64,000 nt of DNA from an uncultured Candidatus Saccharibacteria bacterium (lineage in GTDB: Bacteria; Patescibacteriota; Minisyncoccia; Phycocordibacterales; UBA9973): NCBI GenBank assembly GCA_964423445.1, contig CAYREQ010000002.1, positions 60,641 through 124,640 on the forward strand. Reading direction: 5' to 3'. Made by a program: the position numbers and the translations under genes. This document shows positions 29,936-40,700 of the stretch, in pieces (within the stretch, counting starts at the first letter, position 1; the number at the start of each line of letters is the position of its first letter). The notes beneath the pieces were generated by a model. It was not told where the DNA came from. It made no database searches and saw nothing but the letters and a program-made list of their open reading frames with translations.

Positions 29936-30446
29936 TTTTATTTTCTAAATTTTTTAATAATTCTTTCAGTTTTTCTTTTGCTCTACTTATCCTGACCAAT
30001 ATTGTATTTTCCCGTTCGCCAAGTAGCTCGGCCATATCTTTTGAGCTCATATCTTCTACATAGCGTAGAATGATAGCTTCTTTATCGGCAGGGGATAATT
30101 TATCTAAAAGTGAAAGAAAAACTGAATAATCGGACATACTCTCAATATTGTCTGTGTCAGATATAGATTCAAAGAAGCCCTCAGGTAGACTGCTCTCAGG
30201 TACGCTCTTTTTCTTTCTCCAAAAATCTATAACGGTATTTTTTGCAATCATATAAATAAAACTTTTTTCATTTTGTATTTCTTCTTTATTTAAATGGTTA
30301 TAAACCTTTATAAATACATCTTGGGTCAGATCTTTAGCAGTCTCCCTGTCTCCGGTTTTAAAATAACAAAATCGGAAAATAGCGTCTGCGTGAGTATCAT
30401 AAATTTGGCTAAACATATCTTTAATTTTTTCTTCTTTAGTATGCAT
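29928..30446 (-). CDS. ECF-type RNA polymerase sigma factor (sigma-70 regions 2 and 4)
   Basis: Region 2 (ETAKDLTQDVFIKVYNHL) and a region 4 HTH (SSKDMAELLGERENTILVRISRAKEKL). About 172 aa. Confidence 0.8.
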   Translation of the reverse strand: MHTKEEKIKDMFSQIYDTHADAIFRFCYFKTGDRETAKDLTQDVFIKVYNHLNKEEIQNEKSFIYMIAKNTVIDFWRKKKSVPESSLPEGFFESISDTDNIESMSDYSVFLSLLDKLSPADKEAIILRYVEDMSSKDMAELLGERENTILVRISRAKEKLKELLKNLENKNG

Positions 30447-30563
30447 AATTATTGACGAACGGCACAGTCCTTTTATTACAGTATATCACTTTTATCTATT
30501 TATTCCCTCAAAAAGATAAAAAGAGCTTGAAACTATGGTTGTAAAAGAGTAAAATTAATACAT

Positions 30564-31115
30564 ATGGATAATTTAAAATTTACGTTGACCGTAATAATTT
30601 GTGCAATACTAATCGGTCTTGGAGGTTATTGGGCTTTTACTTCTATGCAATCTAGTAGTGAGTATGTAAATAATAAAAAAATTGAAAAACTTGAAACTGA
30701 AAATGAAGATTTAAAACAACAAATAGAAAAATTAAACACACAGCTTAGCACCTCGGTGGCTAAAGTAGAGCAAAAACCCACAGAAGCTCCAGCTCCACAG
30801 CCAGAAAAACCAGCCACGACTGTAAAGAAACCTACAACTACAACATACAAAAATCAAACTCTTATAAATGAATTACAAAAGCTCGCAGACAAAGGTGTCG
30901 TGCTTGAGCAAGGTGGAGCAGGTCCGAGTGTAGGAACTGTGCAAAAATTTCTAAATGTTTACAATAAAACTTCAAATAAAATTGATAACGACTATGGAGC
31001 TACGACAAAAACAAAAGTAATAGCTTTTCAAAAAGCTCAGGGCCTCTCGGCTGATGGTGGCGCAGGCAAGTCGACATTTTTAAAGATGATATCTTGGCTA
31101 AAGAAACAAGGTTAG
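30564..31115 (+). CDS. Membrane-anchored peptidoglycan-binding protein (PG_binding_1 domain)
   Basis: TM helix, a coiled-coil, a Pro/Thr linker, then a PG_binding_1-like repeat (VQKFLNVYNK...DNDYGATTKTKVIAFQKAQGLSADGGAGKST). Confidence 0.55.
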   Translation: MDNLKFTLTVIICAILIGLGGYWAFTSMQSSSEYVNNKKIEKLETENEDLKQQIEKLNTQLSTSVAKVEQKPTEAPAPQPEKPATTVKKPTTTTYKNQTLINELQKLADKGVVLEQGGAGPSVGTVQKFLNVYNKTSNKIDNDYGATTKTKVIAFQKAQGLSADGGAGKSTFLKMISWLKKQG

Positions 31116-31181
31116 TTATCTTGAGTTTATAAAGGTCGTATCAAGATATTTTATAAATATTTTTATACATTAAAATAATAT

Positions 31182-31601
31182 ATGAAAAAAGAAAAAATTG
31201 TTTACACTTTACTTCGTTACTCGATGAGTTTTATATTTCTCTGGGCATTTCTTGATAAGACTTTTGGTTTAGGTTTTGCTACCAAAGCCGAAAATGCTTG
31301 GATACACGGAGGATCTCCTACAGCTGGATTTTTATCTTTTGCAGTGAAAGGTCCTTTTGCAGAAATATTTCACAGCCTAGCAGGTTTGGTTTGGGTAGAT
31401 TGGATGTTTATGCTAGGGCTCTTGTTTATTGGAGTGACTTTACTACTAAATAAATATGTAAAATGGGGGTGCTTGGCTGGTGTCATCATGATGGCACTGA
31501 TGTATCTATCTCTTATGTTGCCTGAAAACAACCCTTTAATCGATGACCACATTATAAACATGTTGGTATTAGCTCTACTTGCTTTTAGGACTAGAGATTA
31601 G
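31182..31601 (+). CDS. DoxX-like small integral membrane protein
   Basis: Four predicted TM helices in 139 aa with a DoxX-like pattern (LLRYSMSFIFLWAFLDK). Confidence 0.45.
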   Translation: MKKEKIVYTLLRYSMSFIFLWAFLDKTFGLGFATKAENAWIHGGSPTAGFLSFAVKGPFAEIFHSLAGLVWVDWMFMLGLLFIGVTLLLNKYVKWGCLAGVIMMALMYLSLMLPENNPLIDDHIINMLVLALLAFRTRD

Positions 31602-31684
31602 ATAGGTTGAATTTTGTACTTTTTTAGAGTATAATATAGACTAATTTATCAATAATAAACATACGCATAAAGCGAAAAAAGTAT

Positions 31685-31813
31685 ATGGCAAAAAGAAGTA
31701 CAACACTTAGTCCAAAGAAAAAATCTAGACGTTCACACAAGACTAAGAAGAGATTAGAAGTAAAGAAGACTATGCTCGCTGCAAAGTCTAAGGGGAAAAA
31801 GAGAAGAGCTTAA
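31685..31813 (+). CDS. Small, highly basic 42-aa protein (ribosomal-protein-like, possibly bL32-related). Not in the ORF track
   Basis: MAKRSTTLSPKKKSRRSHKTKKRLEVKKTMLAAKSKGKKRRA. The KRxT..S...RRSH segment resembles the bL32 N-terminus. Its pI is very high. Confidence 0.3.
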   Translation: MAKRSTTLSPKKKSRRSHKTKKRLEVKKTMLAAKSKGKKRRA

Positions 31814-31824
31814 GAATTAAAATT

Positions 31825-32505
31825 ATGAATACAGAAAATATAAAAGTTTTTGGAAAATTAGGAGTAGCTATAGGATTACTAGTTTTTTCTCTTGTCTTCT
31901 TTGTGTCTGCACAAAATTTTTCTAAACAAGGAGCATATGTAGAAGTAAAAGGATTGTCAGAAAAAATAGTAAAAGCTGACGTAGCTATATGGTCTATGAA
32001 TTTTGAAGTTAAATCAAATGACATAGATTCTCTTTACGCTAATATCGATAAAAACACTAAAGCAGTAAAAGCTTTCTTGGTGGCAAAAGGTTTTGAAGAA
32101 GCAGAGATAAACGTAGCACCAGTGAATATTTATCAAGATACATACTCTGGCTCATTGTTTAGATATAATTCTGGCACACAGCTTTCTGTATATACAAAAA
32201 AAGTTGATCTAGTAAAGACTGCATCAAAAGACACACTTGCTTTGGTAAAAGAAGGAGTGACATTAAACCAAAATTCTATTGAATTTCAGTTTTCAGATAT
32301 AAATAGTGTAAAGCCAGAAATGCTAGCTGAGGCAATAAAAAATGCAAAAGTTACCGCAAAGCAATTTGCAGATGAGTCTGGTTCAAAATTAGGCTCTATC
32401 TCTAGGGGAAATCAAGGAGTATTTGATATTACTGAAAAAGATCCAGGTTCTCCTGAATTTAAAAAGATTCGTGTAGTATCTAGTCTCAGATTTTTGTTGA
32501 AATAG
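31825..32505 (+). CDS. SIMPL/DUF541-domain exported protein (YggE-like)
   Basis: Signal anchor plus the DUF541 two-lobe pattern (YVEVKGLSEKIVKADVAIWSMNFEV...). Confidence 0.55.
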   Translation: MNTENIKVFGKLGVAIGLLVFSLVFFVSAQNFSKQGAYVEVKGLSEKIVKADVAIWSMNFEVKSNDIDSLYANIDKNTKAVKAFLVAKGFEEAEINVAPVNIYQDTYSGSLFRYNSGTQLSVYTKKVDLVKTASKDTLALVKEGVTLNQNSIEFQFSDINSVKPEMLAEAIKNAKVTAKQFADESGSKLGSISRGNQGVFDITEKDPGSPEFKKIRVVSSLRFLLK

Positions 32506-33093
32506 TTATTTCAAATCTCTAGTAGAATATTTGTTTAGCATTAGATATATAAAAAATATTATAGCTAGAGTTATAAATACATAAGAAATACCATCTAGAT
32601 AAGAATCTATCTTTAGATATGAATTCCCAAGATAAAATCCTATCAAGAACAATAGTAGAGTTTTTGGGATAGTTCCTATCATTTCAACAAGGAAATATTT
32701 CCAAAATTTTACTTCGGCTATACCTGCAGTCACTTGTATGATTGCTCCGATTCCATGAGAGATTTTACCTATCAATAGTGTTTTTACGGTGTGTTTTTTA
32801 AAGTGAGTTTTTAATTTATCGTTATTTGCTTCTTTGTATCCTAAAAATAATCCGATTTTTCTAATCCAGTTGAATTTTCCAGCATATCTACCTATAGCGT
32901 AATACATAGAATCACCTATAAGATCACCAAGTACAAGCATCGGGAAAATAATAAAAACATTTAAAAATCCCAAGTATGCCAGAAAGCCAGATAGGATTAT
33001 AATAATTGGACCTTCAAAAATAGTAATTGGGAAAATGACCAAATATTTATATTTTTCTAATATAATAAAAAGATCCGGTAAGGATATAAACAT
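32506..33093 (-). CDS. DedA-family (SNARE-associated) membrane protein
   Basis: DedA core with its re-entrant loop motifs (EGPIIIILSGFLAYLG...GRYAGKF...IGKISHGIGAIIQVTAGIAEVKFWKYFLVE). Confidence 0.75.
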   Translation of the reverse strand: MFISLPDLFIILEKYKYLVIFPITIFEGPIIIILSGFLAYLGFLNVFIIFPMLVLGDLIGDSMYYAIGRYAGKFNWIRKIGLFLGYKEANNDKLKTHFKKHTVKTLLIGKISHGIGAIIQVTAGIAEVKFWKYFLVEMIGTIPKTLLLFLIGFYLGNSYLKIDSYLDGISYVFITLAIIFFIYLMLNKYSTRDLK

Positions 33094-33123
33094 TATAAAG
33101 AGTATATGGTATAATTAAAGTAT

Positions 33124-33522
33124 ATGCAAATAAATCTACAAGGTAAAAATATAGAATTAACAGAAGCTATCAAGGACCACGTATTAAAACGGGTTACAAA
33201 CTTGGAAAAATTGCTTTCTGGCATTGAAGAAAAAGGTGGAAATGTAAATGTAAATTTTGATGTTGGAAAAAGTACACAGCACCACAAAAGTGGAGATGTA
33301 TTTCATGCAGACTGCCTCGTAAATATAGGTGGCAAGGAATTTTATTCTAGTGCTGACGAAGAAGATCTATATATAGCTATAGATAAAGTAAAAGAGAGCC
33401 TATTTAGAGAAATAAATAAGAATAAGGACAGAAAACAGACATTATTTAAGAGGGGAGCTGTGAGTGTAAAAAAAATGATGAAAGGCCTATCAAAGAGGAA
33501 TCCTTTTACTTCTAAATACTAA
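33124..33522 (+). CDS. hpf: Ribosome hibernation-promoting factor (HPF/RaiA family)
   Basis: Typical N-terminus (MQINLQGKNIELTEAIKDHVLKRV) and the beta-alpha-beta-beta-beta-alpha fold signature. Confidence 0.8.
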   Translation: MQINLQGKNIELTEAIKDHVLKRVTNLEKLLSGIEEKGGNVNVNFDVGKSTQHHKSGDVFHADCLVNIGGKEFYSSADEEDLYIAIDKVKESLFREINKNKDRKQTLFKRGAVSVKKMMKGLSKRNPFTSKY

Positions 33523-34351
33523 TTTTATAGTCTATTTCTTTTCCACCTTCAGGTATTATTTTTTCTATGACAAATTTGTCATCTTCTAGTTTGGCTTTGG
33601 TCACTATAATTCTCTTGCCATCTTTAAAAAAGAAAGTTCTAGGCCAAGCATGATATGCTCGGAATTTTCTCCAATTTTTTAAAGCATCATCTGATAGGTT
33701 AATTTCTCCATCAGCCTTAGTCATTTTTTTTACATATGTGGCTTTGTCGTGACCTTGTTCTTTTAACTCTAAATTTCCAGCCGCATACTTTTCTAAAGTT
33801 TTTACCAAAAGCTCCCCACCCAAGTCTGCTAAGATTTTTTCTAAATCTTCAATATATTCATCACCACGCAAACTTACTTTTTCTTGGTTAAGTATTGGTC
33901 CGTGGTCCATATCTTCATCTATTTTTATTATAGTTACTCCAGTCTCTATATCGCCGTTTAATATAGGAGCGACTATTGGAGCTGGCCCGCGATATATAGG
34001 AAGGAGAGAAGGATGTAAGTTTATCAGGCCAAGCTCTGTAAAATTTACAATTTCTTTAGGTATTATTTTTCCATAAGCTACGACTAATCCAAAATCACAA
34101 TTGTATGACTTTAGCTCTTCAATAAAAATACTATCCAATTTTTCTGGTTGAATAGTAGGTATATTGTTTTTTATTGCCCATATTTTTGTCGGAGGAGGAG
34201 TAATTTCTAGGTTCCTTCCAGATGGCTTGTCTGGGTTGCACACTATTACTTTCGGTAATATGCCATTTATATATAATTTTTCTAAGACAGGGACAGACAG
34301 AGGCTCTCCACCAAAAAACACAAAGTTTAGTTTTTTATCATTATTCTGCAT
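33512..34351 (-). CDS. fmt: Methionyl-tRNA formyltransferase
   Basis: Formyltransferase core (INLHPSLLPIYRGPAPI, the SLLP motif) plus a C-terminal domain. Sits downstream of def. Confidence 0.85.
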   Translation of the reverse strand: MQNNDKKLNFVFFGGEPLSVPVLEKLYINGILPKVIVCNPDKPSGRNLEITPPPTKIWAIKNNIPTIQPEKLDSIFIEELKSYNCDFGLVVAYGKIIPKEIVNFTELGLINLHPSLLPIYRGPAPIVAPILNGDIETGVTIIKIDEDMDHGPILNQEKVSLRGDEYIEDLEKILADLGGELLVKTLEKYAAGNLELKEQGHDKATYVKKMTKADGEINLSDDALKNWRKFRAYHAWPRTFFFKDGKRIIVTKAKLEDDKFVIEKIIPEGGKEIDYKISI

Positions 34352-34882
34352 TTATTTTGGAATTTCTTCTCGCAATTCTTTTGCGTGGTCTATAAAGAGT
34401 ATGCCGTTTAGGTGGTCTGTCTCGTGTTGGAATATTTGAGCTAGTAGGCCAGATCCTCCACGAGTAAATTTCTTTCCGTCTTCGTCATAAGCAGTGACTG
34501 TAGCTTTTTTAGATCGCAATGTCCTGCCATAGAGCCAGCGCACAGATAAGCAACCTTCAGGCACCCATTCTTTATCTCTGGAGAGTTTAGAAATTTTTGG
34601 GTTTATAAAGACCAAGTCTTTACCTTTCTGCTCTTTTATTTCACTGTCAGTAGGAGTCTTTTTGCCAAAATCTTTTGAAAAAATTTTTCCTGATACTACA
34701 AAGATTCTCAAAGAATATCCTATCTGTGGAGCAGCTATAGCCACACCATCATCTTGCTCTGCTAAAGAGGCAGACATTTCTTTTAGTATTCTTTTTATCT
34801 TAATTTTTTTTATATCAGAAATAGGCACCTCTTTGGCTACTTGGTGTAAAACCTTTTCTTTTTGTTGAAGAATTTTCTTCAT
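34352..34882 (-). CDS. def: Peptide deformylase
   Basis: All three PDF motifs are present: GxGxAAxQ (GVAIAAPQIG), EGCLS and HETDHL. Confidence 0.92.
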   Translation of the reverse strand: MKKILQQKEKVLHQVAKEVPISDIKKIKIKRILKEMSASLAEQDDGVAIAAPQIGYSLRIFVVSGKIFSKDFGKKTPTDSEIKEQKGKDLVFINPKISKLSRDKEWVPEGCLSVRWLYGRTLRSKKATVTAYDEDGKKFTRGGSGLLAQIFQHETDHLNGILFIDHAKELREEIPK

Positions 34883-34890
34883 ATTTTTTT

Positions 34891-36201
34891 CTAGAGTTCT
34901 TTTAAATATTCCAAAAGCTTGGTCAATTTTACTGTGTCTTGAGATCTATTTGCCATATTTCTCACAATAACTGAATTTTCCAAGGCTTCTTTTACTCCGA
35001 AAATCAGTGCATAGGGAATACCTAATTTTTCTGCAATTGCCAATTGAGATCCTAGTGAATCCTTGGACAGTGCTTGAGCTATAGGCACATGAGCTTTTCG
35101 CAAAATCTCTATGATGTTTAAGCTTTTTAGTTTTGCTTCAGAGCCGAGCTGGATAAAGTATATTTTTGGCTTTTTGATTATGCGAGGTGAAAGTTTTTTA
35201 TACCAAGGTGATTCTACAATTCTGTCCACTCCTATAGAAAAACCTACAGCTGGCACATCTTTTTTACCACCAATTTGTTTTGCTAAATAATCATATCTAC
35301 CACCTGAAGCAATTTGCACATCTATTTCTTGTCCTTCTTCATTTTTTGTTTTTGTATACACTTCAAATACAGTACGAGTGTAGTAAGAAAGTCCACGTAC
35401 CAAATTTTTATTTAGATTGTATTGTATACCCATTTCTTCTAAATACTCCAAGACTTCTTTAAAGTGTTTTTTACAAGAAGGGCAGAGGAATGATATAGAA
35501 TCTGGAGCACGCTCATTTATCTCTTTAGTCTTTTCTTCTTTTGAGTCCAGTATACGTAGTGGGTTTGTCTTTAGACGTTCTCTGTCTATCGGTGCGAGTC
35601 CGCTCAAATTTTTCTTGTAATAATTTGTTAGCTCTTTCATATACGCTCCTCGGCATTCTTTATCTCCAATAGAGTTTATGTCTATAGATATATTGTCTGC
35701 CCCAGCTTCCTCTAAGATAGTCATACCAGTCTTTATTACGAGTGCATCCATGATACTTTTTTCATTACCTAGTGAATCCAAATCAAATTGCCAAAATTGT
35801 CTGTAGCGTCCTCTTTGTGGCTTGTCATGTCTAAACACAGGACCGTACTGGTAAAACATTACTGGCTGAGGCATATTTTGCATACCTTGCTCTATATATG
35901 CACGCATTAGAGGAGCTGTGTGTTCTGGGCGTAGTGCTAGATGATCTCCACCTTTTGTTTTTAAGGTGTACATCTCTTTGTCTATAATATCTGTACCCTC
36001 GCCGATACTAGTAGTAAAAATTTCTTCGTGCTCAAGTAGGGGAGTATCTATCGGTTTAAAACCATAATATACAGCTATCTCTTGAGCTTTTTCAAAAAAT
36101 CCTTGGAAGTGATAAAAAGATTCATTCATGATATCTCTCATTCCTTTCGGTGAAGCTATCTCTTTATTTTTATTTTTTGAAACCTTAGTACTTTTTTTCA
36201 T
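34891..36201 (-). CDS. hisS: Histidyl-tRNA synthetase
   Basis: Class II motifs and HisRS signatures (GMRDIMNE, ALRPEHTAPLMRAY, GGRYD), with a C-terminal anticodon-binding domain. Confidence 0.9.
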   Translation of the reverse strand: MKKSTKVSKNKNKEIASPKGMRDIMNESFYHFQGFFEKAQEIAVYYGFKPIDTPLLEHEEIFTTSIGEGTDIIDKEMYTLKTKGGDHLALRPEHTAPLMRAYIEQGMQNMPQPVMFYQYGPVFRHDKPQRGRYRQFWQFDLDSLGNEKSIMDALVIKTGMTILEEAGADNISIDINSIGDKECRGAYMKELTNYYKKNLSGLAPIDRERLKTNPLRILDSKEEKTKEINERAPDSISFLCPSCKKHFKEVLEYLEEMGIQYNLNKNLVRGLSYYTRTVFEVYTKTKNEEGQEIDVQIASGGRYDYLAKQIGGKKDVPAVGFSIGVDRIVESPWYKKLSPRIIKKPKIYFIQLGSEAKLKSLNIIEILRKAHVPIAQALSKDSLGSQLAIAEKLGIPYALIFGVKEALENSVIVRNMANRSQDTVKLTKLLEYLKEL

Positions 36202-36211
36202 AATTTTATTT

Positions 36212-36781
36212 TTATTGTCTATATTGACCAGGTAATAAATCTATACTTGTAATAGGCATCAAGCGCACCAGAGCTTTACCAGTCAAAAGGTCTCTTTTCA
36301 CTGCTCCCCAGTATCTAGAATCAGAGCTCGCATTTCTATTGTCTCCCATGACAAAATATTCATCATCTTTTAATTCAAAATGGCTTTCAGTGCTAGAAAT
36401 ATTTTTAATGTAAGGTTCATTTAGAGTAAAACCATCAGGGTTTGCGGAATTTTTTATGGTGACTACACCATCTTTTATATCTACTGTTTCATTTGGTAGA
36501 CCAATTACTCTCTTTATAAAGTATTTTGTTTGGTCATTTGGATACTTAAAGATTACTACATCATCTCTTTGTGGGTCACTCAATTTATAAGATATTTTAT
36601 CTACTATTAAATAATCTCCATTGTCAAAAGTCGGAAACATAGAGCTTCCTGATACGACAAATGGCTCGACAGCAAACATCCTTATTGGCACAACTATTAT
36701 TAATGCGATGATAGCAAAACGTCCTAGCTCTAAAACTGTCTGCCAAAACGTCTTTTTTTGGTTTATTTCTTGTTCCATCAT
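36212..36781 (-). CDS. lepB: Signal peptidase I
   Basis: Box B catalytic Ser (VSGSSMFPTF), the box D Lys region, and box E GDNRNASSDSRYWG. Confidence 0.88.
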   Translation of the reverse strand: MMEQEINQKKTFWQTVLELGRFAIIALIIVVPIRMFAVEPFVVSGSSMFPTFDNGDYLIVDKISYKLSDPQRDDVVIFKYPNDQTKYFIKRVIGLPNETVDIKDGVVTIKNSANPDGFTLNEPYIKNISSTESHFELKDDEYFVMGDNRNASSDSRYWGAVKRDLLTGKALVRLMPITSIDLLPGQYRQ

Positions 36782-36884
36782 GTAATAATAGCATAATATT
36801 ATCTTGACATAGTGGCATAATCTGTTTTTTAATTTTACTTATTTTAATTTGCCTGATAGTCGTATGTAGTGTTATTATTAAACC

Positions 36885-37412
36885 ATGAAAATTTTAGCTG
36901 GGCTCGGTAATCCTGGAGAAGAATATGAAAATACAAGGCATAATGCTGGACGTATCTTAGTGTCTATTTTGGAGAAAAAAATGGAAGATACAAATATAAA
37001 GTTTATCAAACCAGATACTTTTATGAATAATTCTGGCAAGGTCATAGCACCTCTCATAAAGACACAAAAAGATTTGAAAAACCTAATAGTCGTTTATGAT
37101 GATATAGATTTACCTATAGGAAAAATCAAAATATCTTTTGATAAAAGCTCTGGAGGCCACAATGGTATCGAATCTATAATAAAAAAATTAAAATCTAGAG
37201 AGTTTGTGCGCATAAGGGTGGGCATAGCACCTCGTACTCCATCAGGTAAAATACGAAAACCAAAAGGCGAGAAAGCAGTACTGAATTTTTTGCTTGGTGA
37301 ATTTAAGAAAAGTGAATTAGATATCCTCAAAAAGCTTTCAAAAAAAGTAGGCGATATAGTGGAGATGGTCTTTGACGAAGGGAAAGACAAAGCTATGAGT
37401 GTATATAACTAG
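36885..37412 (+). CDS. pth: Peptidyl-tRNA hydrolase
   Basis: MKILAGLGNPGEEYENTRHNAG N-terminal signature, with the catalytic His20-equivalent and a conserved D. Confidence 0.9.
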   Translation: MKILAGLGNPGEEYENTRHNAGRILVSILEKKMEDTNIKFIKPDTFMNNSGKVIAPLIKTQKDLKNLIVVYDDIDLPIGKIKISFDKSSGGHNGIESIIKKLKSREFVRIRVGIAPRTPSGKIRKPKGEKAVLNFLLGEFKKSELDILKKLSKKVGDIVEMVFDEGKDKAMSVYN

Positions 37413-37690
37413 ATTTTATTTCTTATTCTAACAGCTTCTCTTACAGCATCTATAAATTTTTGTTCCTCTATAGTGGGTGTACTTTTTTTATCTCTTATAA
37501 ATTTTTGTAATTCAGAAGATATAAAAATAGAATTATTTATGTCATCTGAGTTATAAGCTGCCCAGCCACCTTTTAGAATCATATCTCTTATGTTTGCATG
37601 AAGCTCTTCTTTTGGTCCCTCTACCTTTATATTATTTTCTTTCAAAAATTTCTCTATAGCATTTTTGCCGAAGTTTTCATTTCCTTCCAT
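37409..37690 (-). CDS. Hypothetical 93-aa protein
   Basis: Non-overlapping ORF that fills the gap between the 3' end of dnaE and pth. No recognisable family. Confidence 0.3.
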   Translation of the reverse strand: MEGNENFGKNAIEKFLKENNIKVEGPKEELHANIRDMILKGGWAAYNSDDINNSIFISSELQKFIRDKKSTPTIEEQKFIDAVREAVRIRNKI

Positions 37691-37714
37691 ATTTTTTATA
37701 GATTTATTGATAAA

Positions 37715-40700
37715 TTATATTTCTTTAAGTGCTTCTATTATAATACTTTTTTCTCCATTTCGGTTAGATATTTTACCCGAGAAAGCTATGCATTTTTCTG
37801 GCACCAATATATCTATATTGTCTTTAAAAAGAGAAGGGAAGACTACAGCTTCTATAGATTCACTCAGGTCTGCTATCTTTAGGAAAGCCATTCTCTCATT
37901 GTTTTTTGTTACTACTTGCCTAGAAGTCTCTATGATTCCAGCCAGTGTCACTGATATGCCGTTTCCCAGAGTACCTTCTTTGTCTTCTTTTATTTTTTTA
38001 ATATTTACCGTTCTCTTTTCGAGTTTATCGCGTAGTCTATCTAGTGGGTGTCCAGAAATATAAAGTCCGAGCAATTCTTTTTCCCATAATAATTTTTCTG
38101 CTTGAGTGGCGTCTTTTCCTGGTTGGAGCTTGAAAGATGGTACTTCAGTTTTTATATTTCCAAAAAGAGAAATTTGATTTTCATTTTGTTTAGAATTTTC
38201 ATGGTTGTATTCGAGCATGCTTTCTAGGTTTGATAAAAATACTCCACGGTCACCCCACTCATCCATACTACCTGATTTTATCAAAGCCTCCATAGATTTT
38301 TTATTTAAATTTTTATGTTTTATTCTGTCCAAGAAGTCACTTATAGATTTAAATTTACCATTTGTTTTTCTCTCAAAAATTATCGCATCAGAGATATCTG
38401 TACCTAGATTTTTTATAGTATAAAATCCAAATCTAATATTTTTACTTTTGTTATTTTCACTAATAGGTTCATCTAGATTTTCAGGCAAACATGTAAATCC
38501 TCCAAAGCTTTCATTTATATTTGGAGGCAATACTTGTATTTCCATATGCTTACACTCTTCGATTATTTCAGAAATTTTTTCTACGTCACCAGATTCGGCA
38601 GTGAGAATTGCTGTCATATATTCTACAGGGTAGTTTGCCTTCATATAGGCTGTCTGATAGGCGACTTTTCCATATGAAGCCGCGTGGGCTTTACCGAAAC
38701 CATATGCTTGGAAAGGCTCAAATAGCTTCCACATCTTTTCTGCAAAAGCTGGAGTTTGCCCATTTGAAATTATTCCTGCAGTAAATTTATCCCTCTGTGC
38801 AGCCATTTCTTTTGGAATTTTTTTACCGACAGCTTTACGGAATTTGTCTGCTTCTTCCCAGTTGTATCCTGCGAGCTCTATCGCAGATAAAAGTAGGTCG
38901 TCCTGATAAACTATCAACCCATAAGAATCACCCAAGTATTTTTTCATTCTGGGGTCCATATATTTTACTAGGCTTGGGTTGTGTTTACGTTTTATGTATT
39001 CTGGAATTGATTCCATCGGCCCTGGACGATACAATGCCACCATCGCATTGATATCGTGGATGGATGTCGGCTTCAATTCTTTTAAGTATCTAGTCATACC
39101 GCTACCATTTAATTGAAATAATCCTTCTGTCTGACCACTAGCCAAAAGTGAAAAAGTTTTTTTATCGTCTAGTGGTATACGCTCTATATCTATATCAACA
39201 TTGTAAAATTGCTTTACTAGACTGACAGCGTCCGCTAAGATAGCCAAATTTCTAATACCCAAAAAGTCGAATTTTAATAATCCAGCTTCTTCGATACTGT
39301 ACATGTCATATTGAGTGATTATTTTTCCACCCTTAGGGTCAAATTGTGTCGGAGTGAAGTCTGCTAATACCGAAGGAGCTATGACCACCCCAGCGGCATG
39401 AACAGAAACGTGACGCACACACCCTTCGAGTTTTTTAGCAATATCTATTATTTCTTTCGTATCTTTTTCTTTTGTGTACGCTTCTTTTAATTCAGGGACT
39501 ATCTCCATAGCATAGTCTATTGTCATCGGCATACCTTGAGATCCCATAGGAATCATTTTAGAAATTCTATCTCCGATGCTGTATGGGTGACCTAGTGCTC
39601 GTGCCACGTCTCGTACCGCACCACGAGCCATCATAGTTCCAAATGTTCCAATCTGTGCCACTTTATCTGCACCATATTTACTCTTTACGTATTCAATCAT
39701 TTCGTCTCGTCTATTATCAGCAAAGTCCATATCTATATCTGGTGCTGAAGGACGAAATGGATTTAAAAATCTCTCAAAGGGGATTTTGTATTCTATTGGA
39801 TTTACATTTGTTATTCCTATTAAATAAGTTACTAGTGATCCTGCGACTGACCCTCTGATTGTGGTCAAAATCCCATTTTCTTTAGCATGTCGTAATAGAT
39901 CACCCACCACTAGGAAGTAAGGGGAATAGCCTTTTTTTATTATTACACTTAACTCGTATTCTACGCGTTCTAGCATTTCAGGAGTTTCTTTTATGTTAAG
40001 ATTTTTAAATCCAGCATATGCGAGCTCGCGTAATTTTTGATCATAACTTTTACCTTTTTCAATTTCAAAATTTGGGAAAACCCAGTTTCCTAATTCTAGT
40101 TTTAGGTCACACATATCCGCCACCTTTACTGTATTTTCTACTGCTTCTGGTATGTCTTTAAAAAGTTCGTAAGCTTTTTTTGAATCAATAAAAGAATAGT
40201 CTCCATCACCAAAAGAAAATTTATTTTCATCTTTTATGTCAGAGTTTGTCTGGATTGATAATAGAGTATCATGAGCTTTTGCGTCTTCAGGATTGGGGTA
40301 ATGTGAGTCTATGGTAGCTACTAGTGGTATGTTGAATTTTTTTCCTAGATTTATTAATTCTTGTCGCACTTCTTTGCCACCTTGTATATCGCCATAATTT
40401 TGTATCTCTAAGAAATAATTATCTTTACCAAAAATTTCTTGGTATTCTTGAATTATTTTTTCTGCTTTTTCTAAGTTTCCTTGTGTGATACTTTGAGACA
40501 ATTCTCCACCAAGACAACCAGATAAGGCAATCACTCCATCGGAATATTTTCGTAGTATTTCTTTGTCCATCCTTGGCTTGTAGTAAAAGCCCTCAAGGTG
40601 TGAAATGGTGACTAGTTTTATTAAATTTTTATAGCCCTCTAAATTTTTTGCAAGTAAAGTCAGGTGGTAGTATCTTTTTCCTCCACCAGCTTCGGCTGTC

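Noticed and set aside
30447-30563. Possible ECF-type autoregulatory promoter upstream of the sigma gene (GGAC...CGTC on the minus strand)
   Set aside because: The spacing between the candidate -35 and -10 elements is about 9 nt, not 16-17, and it sits too close to the start codon.
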